Shown: positions 35,550 to 47,715, counted from the whole stretch's first letter. The stretch is 47,715 bases of DNA, filler included, from Dirinaria sp. TL-2023a (GCA_051941275.1; 2 parts of 2 records of this genome joined end to end with filler, not necessarily neighbours in it); one strand, 5' to 3'. Notes: generated by a model from the sequence alone, not told the origin. A program made the numbers and translations.

Positions 35550-36505
35550 ATGGTCCCGCAAAGAAAGCCAGATGCCAAGCCATGTGCTCTACTCCAGTTC
35601 CTCTTTGGCATATTGGTACTGATAGCCTTAGCCGGCACATCCAAGGCAGCGCAATTGACTCCAGGGCCAGAGTTCATACGGTTGAATAAAAGTGACGCTG
35701 TGAGTAGACAGGGTGTAGCAGGAAGATTCATGGTTCAGTGAGCTGATTTTCGGATATAGGTCGTGGTTGTTGCGGACCTTCAAGTCGGTCTTTTCCACGT
35801 TGTACGTACCCTGTTATTGCAAGCCCGCCAATCTTCATCCGTCTCACATGTGAAAGGTCCATGACTATGAGCCGACTGAATTTCGGAACAACATCATTGC
35901 TCATGCTGGACTTGCGAAGCTCTTTGATCTTCCCATCGTACTCACGACGAGCGCTGAGACGGGTCCAAACGGCCCACTGCCGAAGGAGATCACCAATTTG
36001 TACCCGGATGCGCCTCTTATTCGCCGAAATGGCGAAGTCGATGCGTGGGACAATGCAGATTTCAGGAAAGCCGTGGCTGCTACTGGCAAGAGCCAGATCA
36101 TCCTTGCGGGAATTACCACCGATGTCTGTATGTGTTACAATTCTGCTGGATGCAGCCGTCGCTGTGCTCCGACAATGGTCAATACTGACACTAAAAGGCA
36201 CCGAGTACCTCGCTCTGTCACTGCGCCAAGAAGGCTATACCGTCTTTGCCAACACTGAAGCCAGCGGAACTTTTTCCCGCCGCCTTGCTGATGACGCCAA
36301 TCGTCGTATGGAAAACGCCGGCGTGATACTCATGGGCATGTTCTCCGTTGCCATGGACTTGATGCGTGATTGGCGCAATACTCCCGGCAGTGCAGAGGTA
36401 CTCCCATTCTTGGATCAGTATTTACCCGCCTATGGCTACATTGCGAGAGCTCACGAAGGAGCCGTGCTCAACGGCTCCCTCGTTCCGGGAGAATCCGGTC
36501 TGTGA
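35550..36505 (+). CDS. YcaC-like isochorismatase-family cysteine hydrolase with N-terminal signal-like segment (4 exons)
   Basis: RLNKSDA|VVVVADLQVGLF, LTTSAETGPNGPLPKEI, GEVDAWDNADF, AGITTDVC (catalytic Cys), ALSLRQEGY...EASGT and LMRDWRNTPG. Three GT-AG introns join the ORF fragments. Confidence 0.88.
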
Positions 36506-37144
36506 GGGGCCTCTATATCTTCAGCGATATGTCCATACTGCACAGCTTTTACTCGGAGGTGTGATAAGCTACGGGACTCGTAACTAAGTGCGACAACTTT
36601 TTGGGAGAGGTTTGATTATGGGGTGACGTTCTTTTCCTTCTTTTGGTTTTGTTTCTTCTTCGAATCCTGGTCCTTTCATCGTGTCTTGACGGCCCCTAGT
36701 CATTTAAGCACGCGTCAAGATTACGGTTTTTTTTTTTTCAACAATCTAGAATTATACTTGCCAATGTCGTCTCAATGATGCGATCAGATGCTCAATCTTT
36801 CGATTGTCTTTTGAATTATGTAGGTTTCGAAGAGTGAAGTCTTTCGCGAAAGCTTCCCAGCTGCGGGCTGATCGGCAAAAGTGCCGACTATGATATGCCG
36901 ACCCCCTAAAGCGTGCTCGAACTTTGCCAAGACTTTCGACATCAATGACGTAGCGTAGTGTAGCCTGCGATATTAATAATCAGATGCCCACAATAGATAT
37001 TTCTTCCCCCAAGAAAACTGAGTTCGAATTTTCTATCGCTTCGTATATCATCTGACATCGGTCCATCACCCTCGCGATTCCCTTGTGTTCCCCTGCCCCA
37101 CACAACAGTGAAGATAGAAAGTACCCCAAACACCCGACTTCAGT

Positions 37145-38413
37145 ATGGCGGTCGAGTCCAAATATGACCCAAAAGAAATGGTACTTACATCGAATCAACC
37201 TAATCTAAATTTCCGTAGCTCACCAAACGTGTCATTGCAGATCTTTCGACATCTCGGTCCAACGGGCCTAAAAGTCTCGATTTTCTCACTCGGTACATCC
37301 TCTAGCTTCTGAAAGCAAAGAACGTTCTAATGCTTGATCGTAGGTGGTTGGCTCACCTACGGCGGGACACAAAAAGGCAACGCGGTGAAAGAATGCATGC
37401 AAGCGGCGTGGGATCACGGCATCCAGACCTTTGACACAGCCGAGGCAAGTCGAATTTTCCCACTCTCCTATTTTCGAACTCTGTTATAGCAAGAGGGAAA
37501 AAAAGTCATATTGCAAGCCCCTGTAGTACAGCAGACCAATAGCCCTGAACAGGTCTACTCGGGCGGGCAATGCGAAATCGAAATGGGGCAGGCCCTCCAA
37601 GACCTCGCGTGGCCAAGGGACGAATACGTCCTCATCACCAAGATCTTCTTCGGCACCAACCGAAAAGAGCCCAACACGCGAGGCCTATCGAAGAAGCACG
37701 TCGTCGAAGGGCTGAAATCCTCTCTGGCGCGCCTGCAGCAACCATACGTGGACGTCGTCTTCGCGCACCGGCCGGACGCGGCGACACCGATGCGGGAAAT
37801 CGTCGAGGGCTTCACGCAAGTGATACGCAACCTGAACCTGGCGTACTACTGGGGCACGTCGGAATGGAGCGCGGCGCAGATCACGGAGGCGACGCTGGTT
37901 GCGGATCAATACGGCCTGATCGCGCCCGTGGCCGAGCAGCCGCAGTACAACGCTTTCCACCGCGAGCGGTTCGAGAAGGAGTACGCGCCGCTGTTCCGGC
38001 AGTTCCAGTACGGCACGACGATCTGGAGTCCGCTGGACAGCGGGCTGCTGACGGGGAAGTACAACGATGGCATCCCTGAGGGGTCGCGGTACTCGAACCA
38101 TGCCAAGATGTTCGACGACACGATCCAGAGCCTGCAGTCCGAGGAAGGGAAGGCGAAGATCGAGAAAGTGCGCCGGCTGACGGCGATCGCGGGGGAGCTG
38201 GGCGGTAACGCGGCGCAGCTGGCGCTGGCGTGGGCGGCGAAGAACGAGAACGTGAGCACCGTCATCCTGGGCGCGACGAAGGTCGAGCAGATCGTGGATA
38301 ATTGCAAGGCGCTCGCTCTGATCCCGAAATTGACCCCGGAAGTGATGGAGCGGATTGAGAAGGTTCTGGAGAACAAGCCCCAACCAGTGTCGACGTATGG
38401 GCGAGATAGGTAG
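37145..38413 (+). CDS. Aldo-keto reductase, Kv-beta-like (4 exons)
   Basis: [37 protein letters not shown]...FDTAE|VY...TKIFFG...[10 protein letters not shown]...FAHRPD...WGTSEWSA...[13 protein letters not shown]. The Asp-Tyr-Lys-His tetrad is present; intron 3 is GC-AG. Confidence 0.93.
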
Positions 38414-39106
38414 GTATGTGAGTCGTGTATCGCACCTTTTCCTCGTTCGATGTGCTCACTGTCTGTGCAGGAAAGGGTTGCTTGCGCGCTCGAAGCGAGC
38501 AAAGCTTTAATTAGGCGCTGTTGAAACGAGCATTGCGAGAGCTTTTGATAGAACGCAGTGGTATTTCTGAGCCTCTATCTCCTTTCGCTGGTAGTGATGA
38601 ATCCCACATTTCTCGCCAAATCCCATAACAACATATTTTCTATGTCGATCACGTCACCTTTTCCCTACTTAGAATCTATATCCAATCAAATCAAAGCCAT
38701 ATGACTTTCTGCTCTTTCCTTTTTGGTCAGCACGGGCTGATGAGATCAGTCATCTACTCCACCCTGATAGCACAAAATACGGGAGAACCAGATACATCTG
38801 AACATGCGTCAAAGCAATTAGTCATATTAGTGTAACTACTAACAGTAGCTTTGAATGTTCATGATCCAGAGGGAGCAAATCGGTTCCTTATGAATGATAT
38901 AATAAAATGTTTGGCTGATGGCTCTTCGACTGCGATGCTATTCTCGGAAACCGAAAGAAAGCATGATCTAATAACTAGGATAATCCACCATTTCCACACT
39001 GAAGAATGGGATATCTAGCTCTAAAAGTCCACGGAGCTCTAGTCAGCCCTTCTGTCCAAGCTGTCAAAAAATCAAGAATCATGCATCAGCCAAGGATTCC
39101 CTCTAC

Positions 39107-40147
39107 TCAATACACATCAATACTACCAACAGGCTGAGATCCAGGCCTGGGAGAGCGTTGGATCTTCAACTCCCCCTTCGCAATCAGCACATCCACCATC
39201 TCAACCCGAATCTCCACCTCGCTAAAGCGTCCCTTGTTCAGCATATACGCCGGCACAGCAGCGGCAGCCTTGATGATGGCTTCGGCGCTGAAATACGGCG
39301 CTCGGGCCCTGAAATCCAGCGCCGTTTCCCCGACCGTGAAGGGGGTCTTGAATTCCTGGATGCGGGATTGCGGTGATAGGTTGGCCATGTTCCTCAGCAG
39401 ATCGATAACGGGCCTGAAAACATCTGCCGGCTCGAGATCGTAGCCGGTCAGGCGGCAGTAGACTTTCAGCCCCGCGTCATTCGCGGCTAGTGTGTTGTTG
39501 GTAGGTCTTTCGTGGGTCGGCCCGTTCGCGACGCCTTGGGTAATATTTTTAGACCCTGCGACTAGAGGTTCGACAGGTGTTTCAACCCTCGGTAACTTCG
39601 CGTTGTTTGCAGGTAAAGGCAGTTGATCATTGTTAATTAGGAAGCGATATTCTACACTTCCTACATTGGTCCCGTAGAGCGTCATTCTGAATTTGGCGGA
39701 CGCGAACCGATTCCGCTGCATCAGAAAAAGTAGACTCTCCGCAAGACCCCATATCAACAAACGTCTATGGAGCGTCGCTGCATTTGAGGGTGGAAGCACG
39801 AGAATTCCGACGCTGCAGTATCGAGGGTCTGTGGAACGATAGGATGTCTGTGGCACCTCACTGTTGATGTCTTCCAACGCTTCCTTAGCGAGCAGCTGTA
39901 CTGCTGATATGAGCAAAGAAGTCTGGTCCAGTCTTGGCCCATTAAAGACTGGATTAATAGCTAGACCAGTATCCGCGTTGAGGCTCGGCGCCTGGTTTAT
40001 TGTTGCTGTTGAAAGTCTAGAAACGCTAGGAATTAAGGTCCCGTTCGGAGAATTAGGAAGGGGTATAGTAGCGGCTAGGGTCAATACAAGGAATGTGCTG
40101 GAAGAGAGCCAGAGGAAACAAGGCCAGTGATCGTAGTATAGACGCAT
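39107..40147 (-). CDS. Hypothetical secreted protein with two related ~105-aa domains
   Basis: Intronless 346-aa ATG-initiated ORF with a hydrophobic signal-like N-terminus (FLWLSSSTFLVLTLA). No family recognised. Confidence 0.7.
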   Translation of the reverse strand: MRLYYDHWPCFLWLSSSTFLVLTLAATIPLPNSPNGTLIPSVSRLSTATINQAPSLNADTGLAINPVFNGPRLDQTSLLISAVQLLAKEALEDINSEVPQTSYRSTDPRYCSVGILVLPPSNAATLHRRLLIWGLAESLLFLMQRNRFASAKFRMTLYGTNVGSVEYRFLINNDQLPLPANNAKLPRVETPVEPLVAGSKNITQGVANGPTHERPTNNTLAANDAGLKVYCRLTGYDLEPADVFRPVIDLLRNMANLSPQSRIQEFKTPFTVGETALDFRARAPYFSAEAIIKAAAAVPAYMLNKGRFSEVEIRVEMVDVLIAKGELKIQRSPRPGSQPVGSIDVY

Positions 40148-41515
40148 CGTTTTTGAGGAGCGTGCGCCGTATCCTCATTGGGACTCGAAGCTGGTTCAAG
40201 ACAACGCTTAAGGTTATCAAAGATATACCCCATTTTTCAAGGCTTCAGGCTTCGAGCGGCAGTCGCGTTCCCTTTTGGCAGAAAATAGGCGACATGCGAG
40301 TGGAGAGCAAGCGCTGGGTTGGAAGCGCGGTAAAGATTCTGATTGAGCAGCGCAGCGTGGGGGTAACGGGGTTATTGTGCATTTAGCTCATTTCCCACTT
40401 GGTGAGAGAAGCATTTCAGGAGTGAACAAATCTCGGAAGATATCAGAAGATATCTGTTTACACCGTCGCAAACCAGCGAAATTTGTTCCAAATCCGTGGT
40501 ACAGACGCGGTCAATTCTATTTCAGAAGCCTTCTGCAGCTCCTTGACACTTTTGATTGGGTCGAATAGCCACGGTTGATTTCGATTGACAAGGGCTGTTT
40601 TCAAAGCTAGGAGCTTCTGTTGCACAATGATGGTTACGCTCCTACCCAATCTCGCCTGCATGGTCATGAAATATACTTCCACTTTTGTTTTTCTCTGGAA
40701 CGTTTAGCCCTTCCGCTGGACCAATGCCTAAGCAGAATCGTCTTTCTGTTTCAAATTTATGCGGGAGAAACCTCCAGTAGAGCCCATCCCAGCAATTTCG
40801 CAACTGCGAGAATGGAAGCGTCACTATGCACTCGTCTAAGACTGTTCCCAGCGTAGAATCGTTGTACAGCCTATTCATATATGCTACACCGGCGGTTTTC
40901 ACACGCGCAAGGGTTATTGCCATCGAGGTCGTTTTAGACGCTCGTCTGTGTAGCCTTATTAGCAAGATTAGGTAGGTTGATGGTTGTGCCCGATTGAAAG
41001 CCAATCAGCAAGAAGAGCATGCTTAGCATGATCGAAAGTCCAGAAGTGTAACAGATCAACACTGCCCTGACTTTGTATGATCGAATGCGATGAGTCATGG
41101 ATCGGTCCCAGAATACACATTTGGACATGGCAAGAGTCTCCCTTGGGATACCGGGTATACAGCCAAGCGTAAGTCATCGTAGTAGATCCCTTGGTGGAAC
41201 ACACTCTTTTGCAAGAAATGCTCATTGGCAGTGTGACATTTCTGCCCTCGGAGCATTGATGATAGAACTTGAGTCGAATATCATGTTTCTTCAAGGCTCG
41301 CTTCCAGAAACATCCCGGCACGCTCTCTGTTGTGGCCTCGGTGGCTTGTAGACAAGTTATGCACTGGTTTTCTCCTTCGGAATGCTGCAATGGTCTTGCA
41401 TATTCTTCAGTCCAAGTAGTTACTCCCTTGCTAGATCGGGATTAGCTGAGCAATATACGATGCAAAAGCATGGTAGACGATACTCGATCAAAATTTTTCC
41501 GTAGAGCAAAGCGCA

Positions 41516-43205
41516 TCAATCTTCAGTTACGACATCATGAATCTTAGCGAGACGCTTCATCTGGCCTAAAACCCACTCCGGCTGCCCTTCTCTGAGATAC
41601 ATAAACACATTGGTAATCTCTTTTAATGGACTATAGAGGTACCAGCCGCCGAAAGCCGAAGCGTTTTGATGATGGCCTTGCGGCAATGGCTGTCCTTCAG
41701 GAGTCGGGTAGAGACTACGGGCGAAGTAGATTGGGGTCATTTCTATTCGATCGCCTAGATGGAATGGCAAGCTTGCGCAGATATCGTCCGCTAGACGCTG
41801 AATATTGGCGGTTACCTGCTCATCGGGTTCATATCGTGCAACGAGCGCGAGCAGTTTGAGCCGTGCCGCACGCCATTCATTCAATGTGGTAGCCACCAAA
41901 ATATCGGGGTAGATATCGCAATAGCCATTGTACATGCCAGCCTCGCGGATAGTTGGGGGTACAGATTCTCCTACTACTCTTCTAGGGAGCCAGTTTGATG
42001 GAACAATTTCAAGCCATGCTCCAAGATTAGAATCTACCGTTTTCGCTCGACTGATCAGGTATGTCGTCCACGAGGATCCGTCGGCTGCTCCTTCAACTGG
42101 TAGCTCTACGTCGAGACCTTGGAACCCGGAATATGGAGGAGGCAAAACTGCGTCCAGAGGTCTCTCGTACTTGTATGCTAGAAGTGACGATTCTAAGGCC
42201 AGGACGTTGGCAACTTCTGTGAATCTTACATCAAGTATGGTCGCTGGATTATGTGGCAACGCGTTGTCATCGCTCCATATCGTTGACCGAGTGTCAATTG
42301 CAGTATTTGACTGCATTGCTCTAGAGACCTAGACGAAGTAAGCACAGGGCAGTGAAATCCAAAGTGACTCACAATGTTATTTCTAACAGCCTTGAGCAGC
42401 TTCATCGATATCTCCGAGCGGTTAGATGTTCCCGCCTGTCGTGCCAAGATGGCAGCAGCTCCTTCATAATGTCGGACTGGCGAAATTTGGCCTTTGAAAG
42501 CATACGCTGCCGCCTAAACCAAGGCTTGGTGTCAGTTTTGGAGTGAAATCCTCGAGAAAGCGGCCGACAGCTTGACTGATACGCACCTCGTATAAAGCAA
42601 GTAGCAGTACCGCCATCAGTGTTTCGTCTTTTAAGCTTTCAACAGGGTCTTCAACCGCCAATCTCGTGGCTGCTAGGGCCTTGCCATAAGCCATTTGGAC
42701 TTGAAGTGTCTCAACATCTCGAACCCTTAGTTCCCAAGCGCCGAACAGTAGGCGCGATGCCGCTGTAAGGGCTAAATAAAGAGTCGTGCTGGACTTCAGG
42801 TCTCCAAAGAAGTGCGGCAGAATCTCGGTTATGCCATGGTCCGTCAATGGGTCGTGCGGGAAATGAACCCAAGATGAAACGAAAAATGTCAATGCTCTTG
42901 ACTCTTCTGCCTCAACTAGGAAACGAGGGATACTCGGAGAGACTGATCGGCCCTTGTTTTCTCTTCTTTTGACCGATGCTTCTGCGGTGAAAGTCTGGTG
43001 TCGAAGTACAAGATCCAGCCCTTCCCGCCAACCGGAGCACACTCGCTTTGCCCGAACACATCTTCCGCAAGCAGGTCGAACTTCATCACACTGATCATTA
43101 TTGATACATAATACCGCAGCAGCTCTACGAGATGACGAGACTTACTTTGACGTGCCTATCTTTGCATTGTCGGCAGGCGCCGCTCGGTTTACCCGTATAT
43201 GGCAT
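41516..43205 (-). CDS. Zn(II)2Cys6 transcription factor (4 exons)
   Basis: MPYTGKPSGACRQCKDRHVK|CDEVRPACGRCVRAKRVC, YGKALAATRLAVEDP...DETLMAVLLLALYE, HYEGA, and LADDICASLPFHLG. Three GT-AG introns. Confidence 0.9.
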
Positions 43206-43755
43206 TTGTTATTGTGTGTTTTGACTCCAAATCGTGTTAATCAGTGAGCTCTCCGCCATTTCAGGAACGTCACCAATGGGTTACAGGGCGAAATCTTCCA
43301 CGTTTCAAAAGATTTAACTTTCGATCTCGGTTCCGCTGAAGGATCAAATAGATGACAGATTCAATCCCGCTCGAATAGCGTACATCCTTCACAAGTTCAC
43401 AAGAGTCAATGACGCAACCCTATCAAAACCCTGAATTAGTAGAGTTCCCTCCTGCCATAGATCATTCAGTCACTTTATGTCGAATAGCATCGTACTTAGA
43501 AAAGTTTCACATAACCATATAGTGCGAGACTCTGCCTTTTAATGGGCTAAACTGACCAAGACATTGAAACTGAGTTTTTCAACGCTAAGCAGCAATACAG
43601 CGTGTTTTGAGCAAAAAACCTCGCCTGATGGGCCAAGGCATACTCATAACATAATCACCCATAGAAAATCTAACCCATATACTCAAGGAGCGAGCGTGCA
43701 TTCGCAAGCATAAAGCGATATACAAAGGCCTGACGTTCGTGCATAGGCTCTATAC

Positions 43756-45365
43756 TCACGGCTTAAAGATCCACATACTCTGCGAATTGCAGTACGCCTT
43801 CAGCCCATTGGTCCCCCATTCAGTACCGATTCCGCTCCACTTATGGCCACCAAACGGAACACCAGGCGCTACCACGAAATGGGAGTTGACCCAGACGCTG
43901 CCAGCTTCCAACTGCTTCGCCATGTTCGTCGCCCTCTCGACATCTGCACTCCAGACCGAAGCCCCAAGCCCCATCTTGGTGTCGTTTGCCCGTGCGACCA
44001 CATCGTCATCGTCGGACCACTTGAGCATGGGAAAGATTGGTCCAAATGGCTCTTCGGTAACGATACGAGAGTCCTCGGGCGGGTTATCGATGATAGTAGG
44101 AGTAATAAAATAGCCTTTGCCTTGGTTGGGCAATTCGCCGCCCAGCGCTGGCTTCCATCCTTGTTTAGGGATGTCATCGAAGAGGGTCTTGACTTTCTCG
44201 TACTGCATGCTGTTTTGCACGGGACCGATGAACACATCGTCTTCGAAGCCATTTCCAACCTTGAAGGTCTTAGTGTGCTCCACCAATGCATCTCGGAACT
44301 GGTCATAAATCTTCTCGTGGACATATAGTCGCTTGATCATCATGCAAATCTGGGCCGAGCAGAGAAACGAGAGCAGTGCGACCTGAGCCAAGACATCGTC
44401 AGCCATTTGACCTCCAATCGCACTCTTGCATGGAAGCCGTTAGGCCCACCTTTGGTATGATCTTCGCAATGTCAACGTCCTCGCATATGATAGCGGGATC
44501 GTTACCACCCAGCTCGAGGGTTATGCGCTTCAGCGTTTTCGCACAAGATTCCATCACTTTCTTGCCGGTGACGCTCGATCCAGTAAAGCTGATTTTGTCA
44601 ATATCTGGATGCGCAGTAAGCATAGGCCCCAGGTCGTCTCCGCCGCTGAGGACTTGAAGCACTCCGGGAGGAAAGAACTTTCGGGCGAGCTCGCCCAGTT
44701 TGAGGTTACAGTATGGTGTGTATGGAGATGGTTTGATAATGATGCAATTCCCAGTATACAGCGCTGGAGTGACTTTCCCAATCATGAGAAGAACCGGGTA
44801 ATTCCACGGCACGATGCCACAGCAGACGCCCAGGGGTGTGTATCTGTTGATGACTTTTTTCTCTGCGTCTTCCTCAAGCACCTCTTCAGGCAGCTTCATG
44901 GCACAAAACGCGTCGATCCACGCTTTGGCCATACCCGCCTCTTGGGTGCCTTGTGAGAGCGGCTTGCCTTGCTCCTTGGTCAACATCTGCGCGATTTCTT
45001 TCGTATAACCCTCCATGGCATTGCCAAAGGCCAGGAGTGCCTCTCGACGTTTCTCGAGAGGCGTCGCCGCCCACGGCTTGAAGGCCTTCCTGGCAGATGC
45101 GACAGCTTTGTCGACATCTTCCTGAGTGGACACTGGTACCTCGGGGTTTGGCTCCAAGGTTGCAGGATTGATCCCGTGGCGAGTCGTAGAAGTTGAGGTC
45201 AATTCGTTATCGATAACATTGTAAAAGGTCTACAGCGCTTTCTCAGTCAACTTCTTATCTGAAGGGGACGAGGCCAACACTCACGTCGAAGTTCAGACCC
45301 GGCGCATGTCCATTGACAGCAGGAGCCACACCGTTGGTGCTGTTAAGGGTCGTGTAGCCAGGCAT
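43756..45365 (-). CDS. Aldehyde dehydrogenase (3 exons)
   Basis: EQGKP, IVPWNYP, IKPSPYTP, FTGSSVTG, LELGGNDP (catalytic Glu), SAQICM (catalytic Cys), EEPFGP and PFGGHKWSGIG motifs. Confidence 0.95.
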
Positions 45366-46726
45366 TATGCAGGGGCGCAGTTTCGATGCGTGTCTAGGTC
45401 GCTTAGATAGATGTATCAATATTAATTCATCTATTTGCTTGGAGATGTATTGTACAGTCTGTACAGTCAGTATTCGTACAGTATAGGAATTGTGTGAATT
45501 GAAAGCAGATGGTAGTGAATTTCTAGGCAGTAGAATTGGAGATCTCTGCGTCACTTCGCACTTCGAGGCCCCGCTTCCACCAACATCTATATGCTTTATC
45601 GATAAAGTAGTTTGAATAGTGTGGTGGAGCGGGGAAGGATCGGCGAGCTCTAACCAGATTCCAGATTCGAGATTCCAGGATTTCAGCCACGCGCAACTTT
45701 GCCTCATCAGCGCCAATCACATCTGCCAATTGATCGACCCGTTCGACCAAGTATGGCACAAGATTGCCACGGCGTGACGGCTCACACACAATGATAATGA
45801 CACAAAGGACCGGCCCGCGTTTATTTGAGGAGCGCGATAGACCAACAATAATAGTACCTTAAGTTAATGTATGTAAAAGACATGGCACGACGATGATGAT
45901 GGTACCTTGGTTTGCTGGTCAGTCAGAATTGAATCTTTGCCACTATGGGCCATGCTCTTTCAAAGTCTCAATTGAAAACCCCTGCTATCTCGGTACTGCT
46001 TTCAATTTTCGTGTGGCACCTCGGTACGGAATAGAGCCGAGCAAATTATTCTTTTTATTATTATTGCTAACACGAAGGACGTCACCCACTGATCTGCAAC
46101 CAACTTGCAGGCGCAAGAAGAAAGAAAAAACGACCCGATCAGGTTGTTCCTGCAGGGGGATATTGGATTATTGTGGAGACGCCCGGGGATTGCCTCCCGC
46201 CTGGTAGAACACGACAGGTTGTTCTTTAACGGTCTGTCGGATGTTTCGCAAGGGTAATAATAATCTTACTTTTCCCCTGTCATCGCTGATATGTCGTGGG
46301 GTTACCCTTACACAACCTCTTGGATCAGCTTCTTCCATCGCTTCGTGCTAGTGTGTACTCGATAATGAGCACTTACGGAGCAGTTCCGAGGTGGTGGCGA
46401 GCGTGGCACCAGGTACTACTATGTATGTCAGTGGGCACAAGTCTGACCGCCAGCGATGCAGCGATAAGGTTATTCGTCCTGGGCAGGACTCCGTACAGGA
46501 CAGTGGTAGCAGTACCTTAGTACAATAGTAGTGGTGGTGGTTAAACTCTCTGTCCCCCAATCCTGGCTGCATCGGGTAGTACCTGGGAATCTCTACCACC
46601 AAAGTGGACTGGCCTATCGGCTTGCCGGCACTACTGCAGTTGCATGAAGAAAATGATGGGCTCCGTGCACTGGGATTGCCGCAAGGGGGAAATCTCGCCA
46701 TAGCTCGAATGTATGTCCCTTTTCGA

Positions 46727-46756
46727 GTGTGTGTGCGTGTGTGTGCGTGTGTGTGC
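46727..46756. repeat. (GTGTGTGTGC)3 purine-pyrimidine repeat
   Basis: Three exact 10-bp units about 100 bp upstream of the ATG at 46853. Confidence 0.75.
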
Positions 46757-46852
46757 GTGGAACCTCGCGAGTATTTTAATATGTAAGACGCGCACTTTCA
46801 TGATGCATGTCGACTGTTGCTTGCTCTTTTGGTTTTGTTGGCCAAACGGAAC

Positions 46853-47715
46853 ATGGCCGAGAATTTTGTCGCGGAGGCTTTTAGCCTGCTAGCCATTGGC
46901 ATTGTCATCATCGTCTTGCGCCTGGTCTCGCGTATAATCACTGTTGGAGTTCGCAAGCTTGCTGCCGATGATTTCTTGATGATTGTCGCGGGCGTACGTT
47001 TTCCTGATTTTCCCTCCCAGCAGTCAGCAATGCCACTCTGTAAGGGGTAATAGACACTGATAGCTGCTACAGTGTCTCTATGCTGCCGAGACCGTCGCCG
47101 CTTACGTCGTCGGAGCGTATTGGGATGGCCTGGCAAACAATTCCATGACGCCGGCGCAACGAGCAGCCTTGGATCCAAATGGGCACGAATGGTACCTACG
47201 GAGGAGAGGCTCGCAGAACCAATTGTTCGGATGGCTGGTCTATACGGTGCTTCTGTGGACCCTCAAAACCTGCATGCTGATTTTCTTCACACGTTTGACG
47301 TGGGTAACCCGTTCGGGGGAAGATCATGAGAGGATCCATGATATTGACGTGCGACAAGGGATAATGTTACCCACATGAAGATTCGTATACGAATTGGCGC
47401 CGTCTTGCTCGCGGCAACCTTCTTCGCAACCTTCTTCGCTATCCTCTTCGGCTGCTATCCCATCGAAAAGCATTGGCAGATAAATCCTGATCCAGGGAGT
47501 ACGTAACCTCAGCCCAAGCAAGATACTGGAAATTTTCATGCTGATCGATGCAGATCGTTGCCAGCCGGCCGTTTCCAAGCTCCAGGTCGCCGTCCTCATC
47601 ACACTGAATATCTCGACGGATTTCTATTTGATGTCTATTCCGCTGCCGGTGAGGACCTTTCCTTTTTACGCAAGACTTTTGTTTCTCGCTGACCGCTTTT
47701 TAGATGATATGGAAG
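46853..47715 (+). CDS. PTH11-like (rhodopsin-domain, no CFEM) integral membrane protein; runs off window end
   Basis: MAENFVAEAFSLLAIG...LRLVSR...ADDFLM|...GLANNSMT...GSQNQLFGWLVYTVLLWTLKTCMLIFFTRL...CYPIEKHWQINPDPG...LNISTDFYLMSIPLP|MIWK. Four GT-AG introns are visible. Confidence 0.85.

Noticed and set aside
37570..38502. Long overlapping alternative-frame and antisense ORFs over the AKR gene (similarly over the methyltransferase and ALDH)
   Set aside because: Expected shadow ORFs of GC-rich codon usage; no recognisable motifs.

Overview
This is intron-containing fungal (filamentous ascomycete, Pezizomycotina) genomic DNA made of two separate contigs joined by an artificial 100-nt linker (N44-TTAATTAATTAA-N44, 23839-23938). 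The left contig (1-23838) is a gene-dense core region: a UBE2W-like E2 (partial), TFIIS, a DUF1295 membrane protein, a secreted low-complexity protein, RNase P/MRP p30, CK2 alpha, valyl-tRNA synthetase, a SAM methyltransferase, an MFS hexose transporter and a DAL81/TamA-like Zn2Cys6 factor. The right contig starts at a chromosome end: (CCCTAA)15, then a short dyad-rich ~213-bp subtelomeric duplication. It continues with accessory genes: MBOAT acyltransferase, a decayed HeLo-like/STAND-N-terminal pseudogene, DszC-like flavin monooxygenase, Af470-like monooxygenase, secreted YcaC-like isochorismatase, aldo-keto reductase, a two-domain secreted orphan, a Zn2Cys6 factor, ALDH and a PTH11-like membrane protein (partial). 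The most notable oddities are a long, potentially structured intron in the sugar transporter that appears to end in AT rather than AG, and an AUG-less mitochondrial-presequence-like extension upstream of ValRS. All gene models were spliced by eye and family calls rest on recognised motifs, not database searches.
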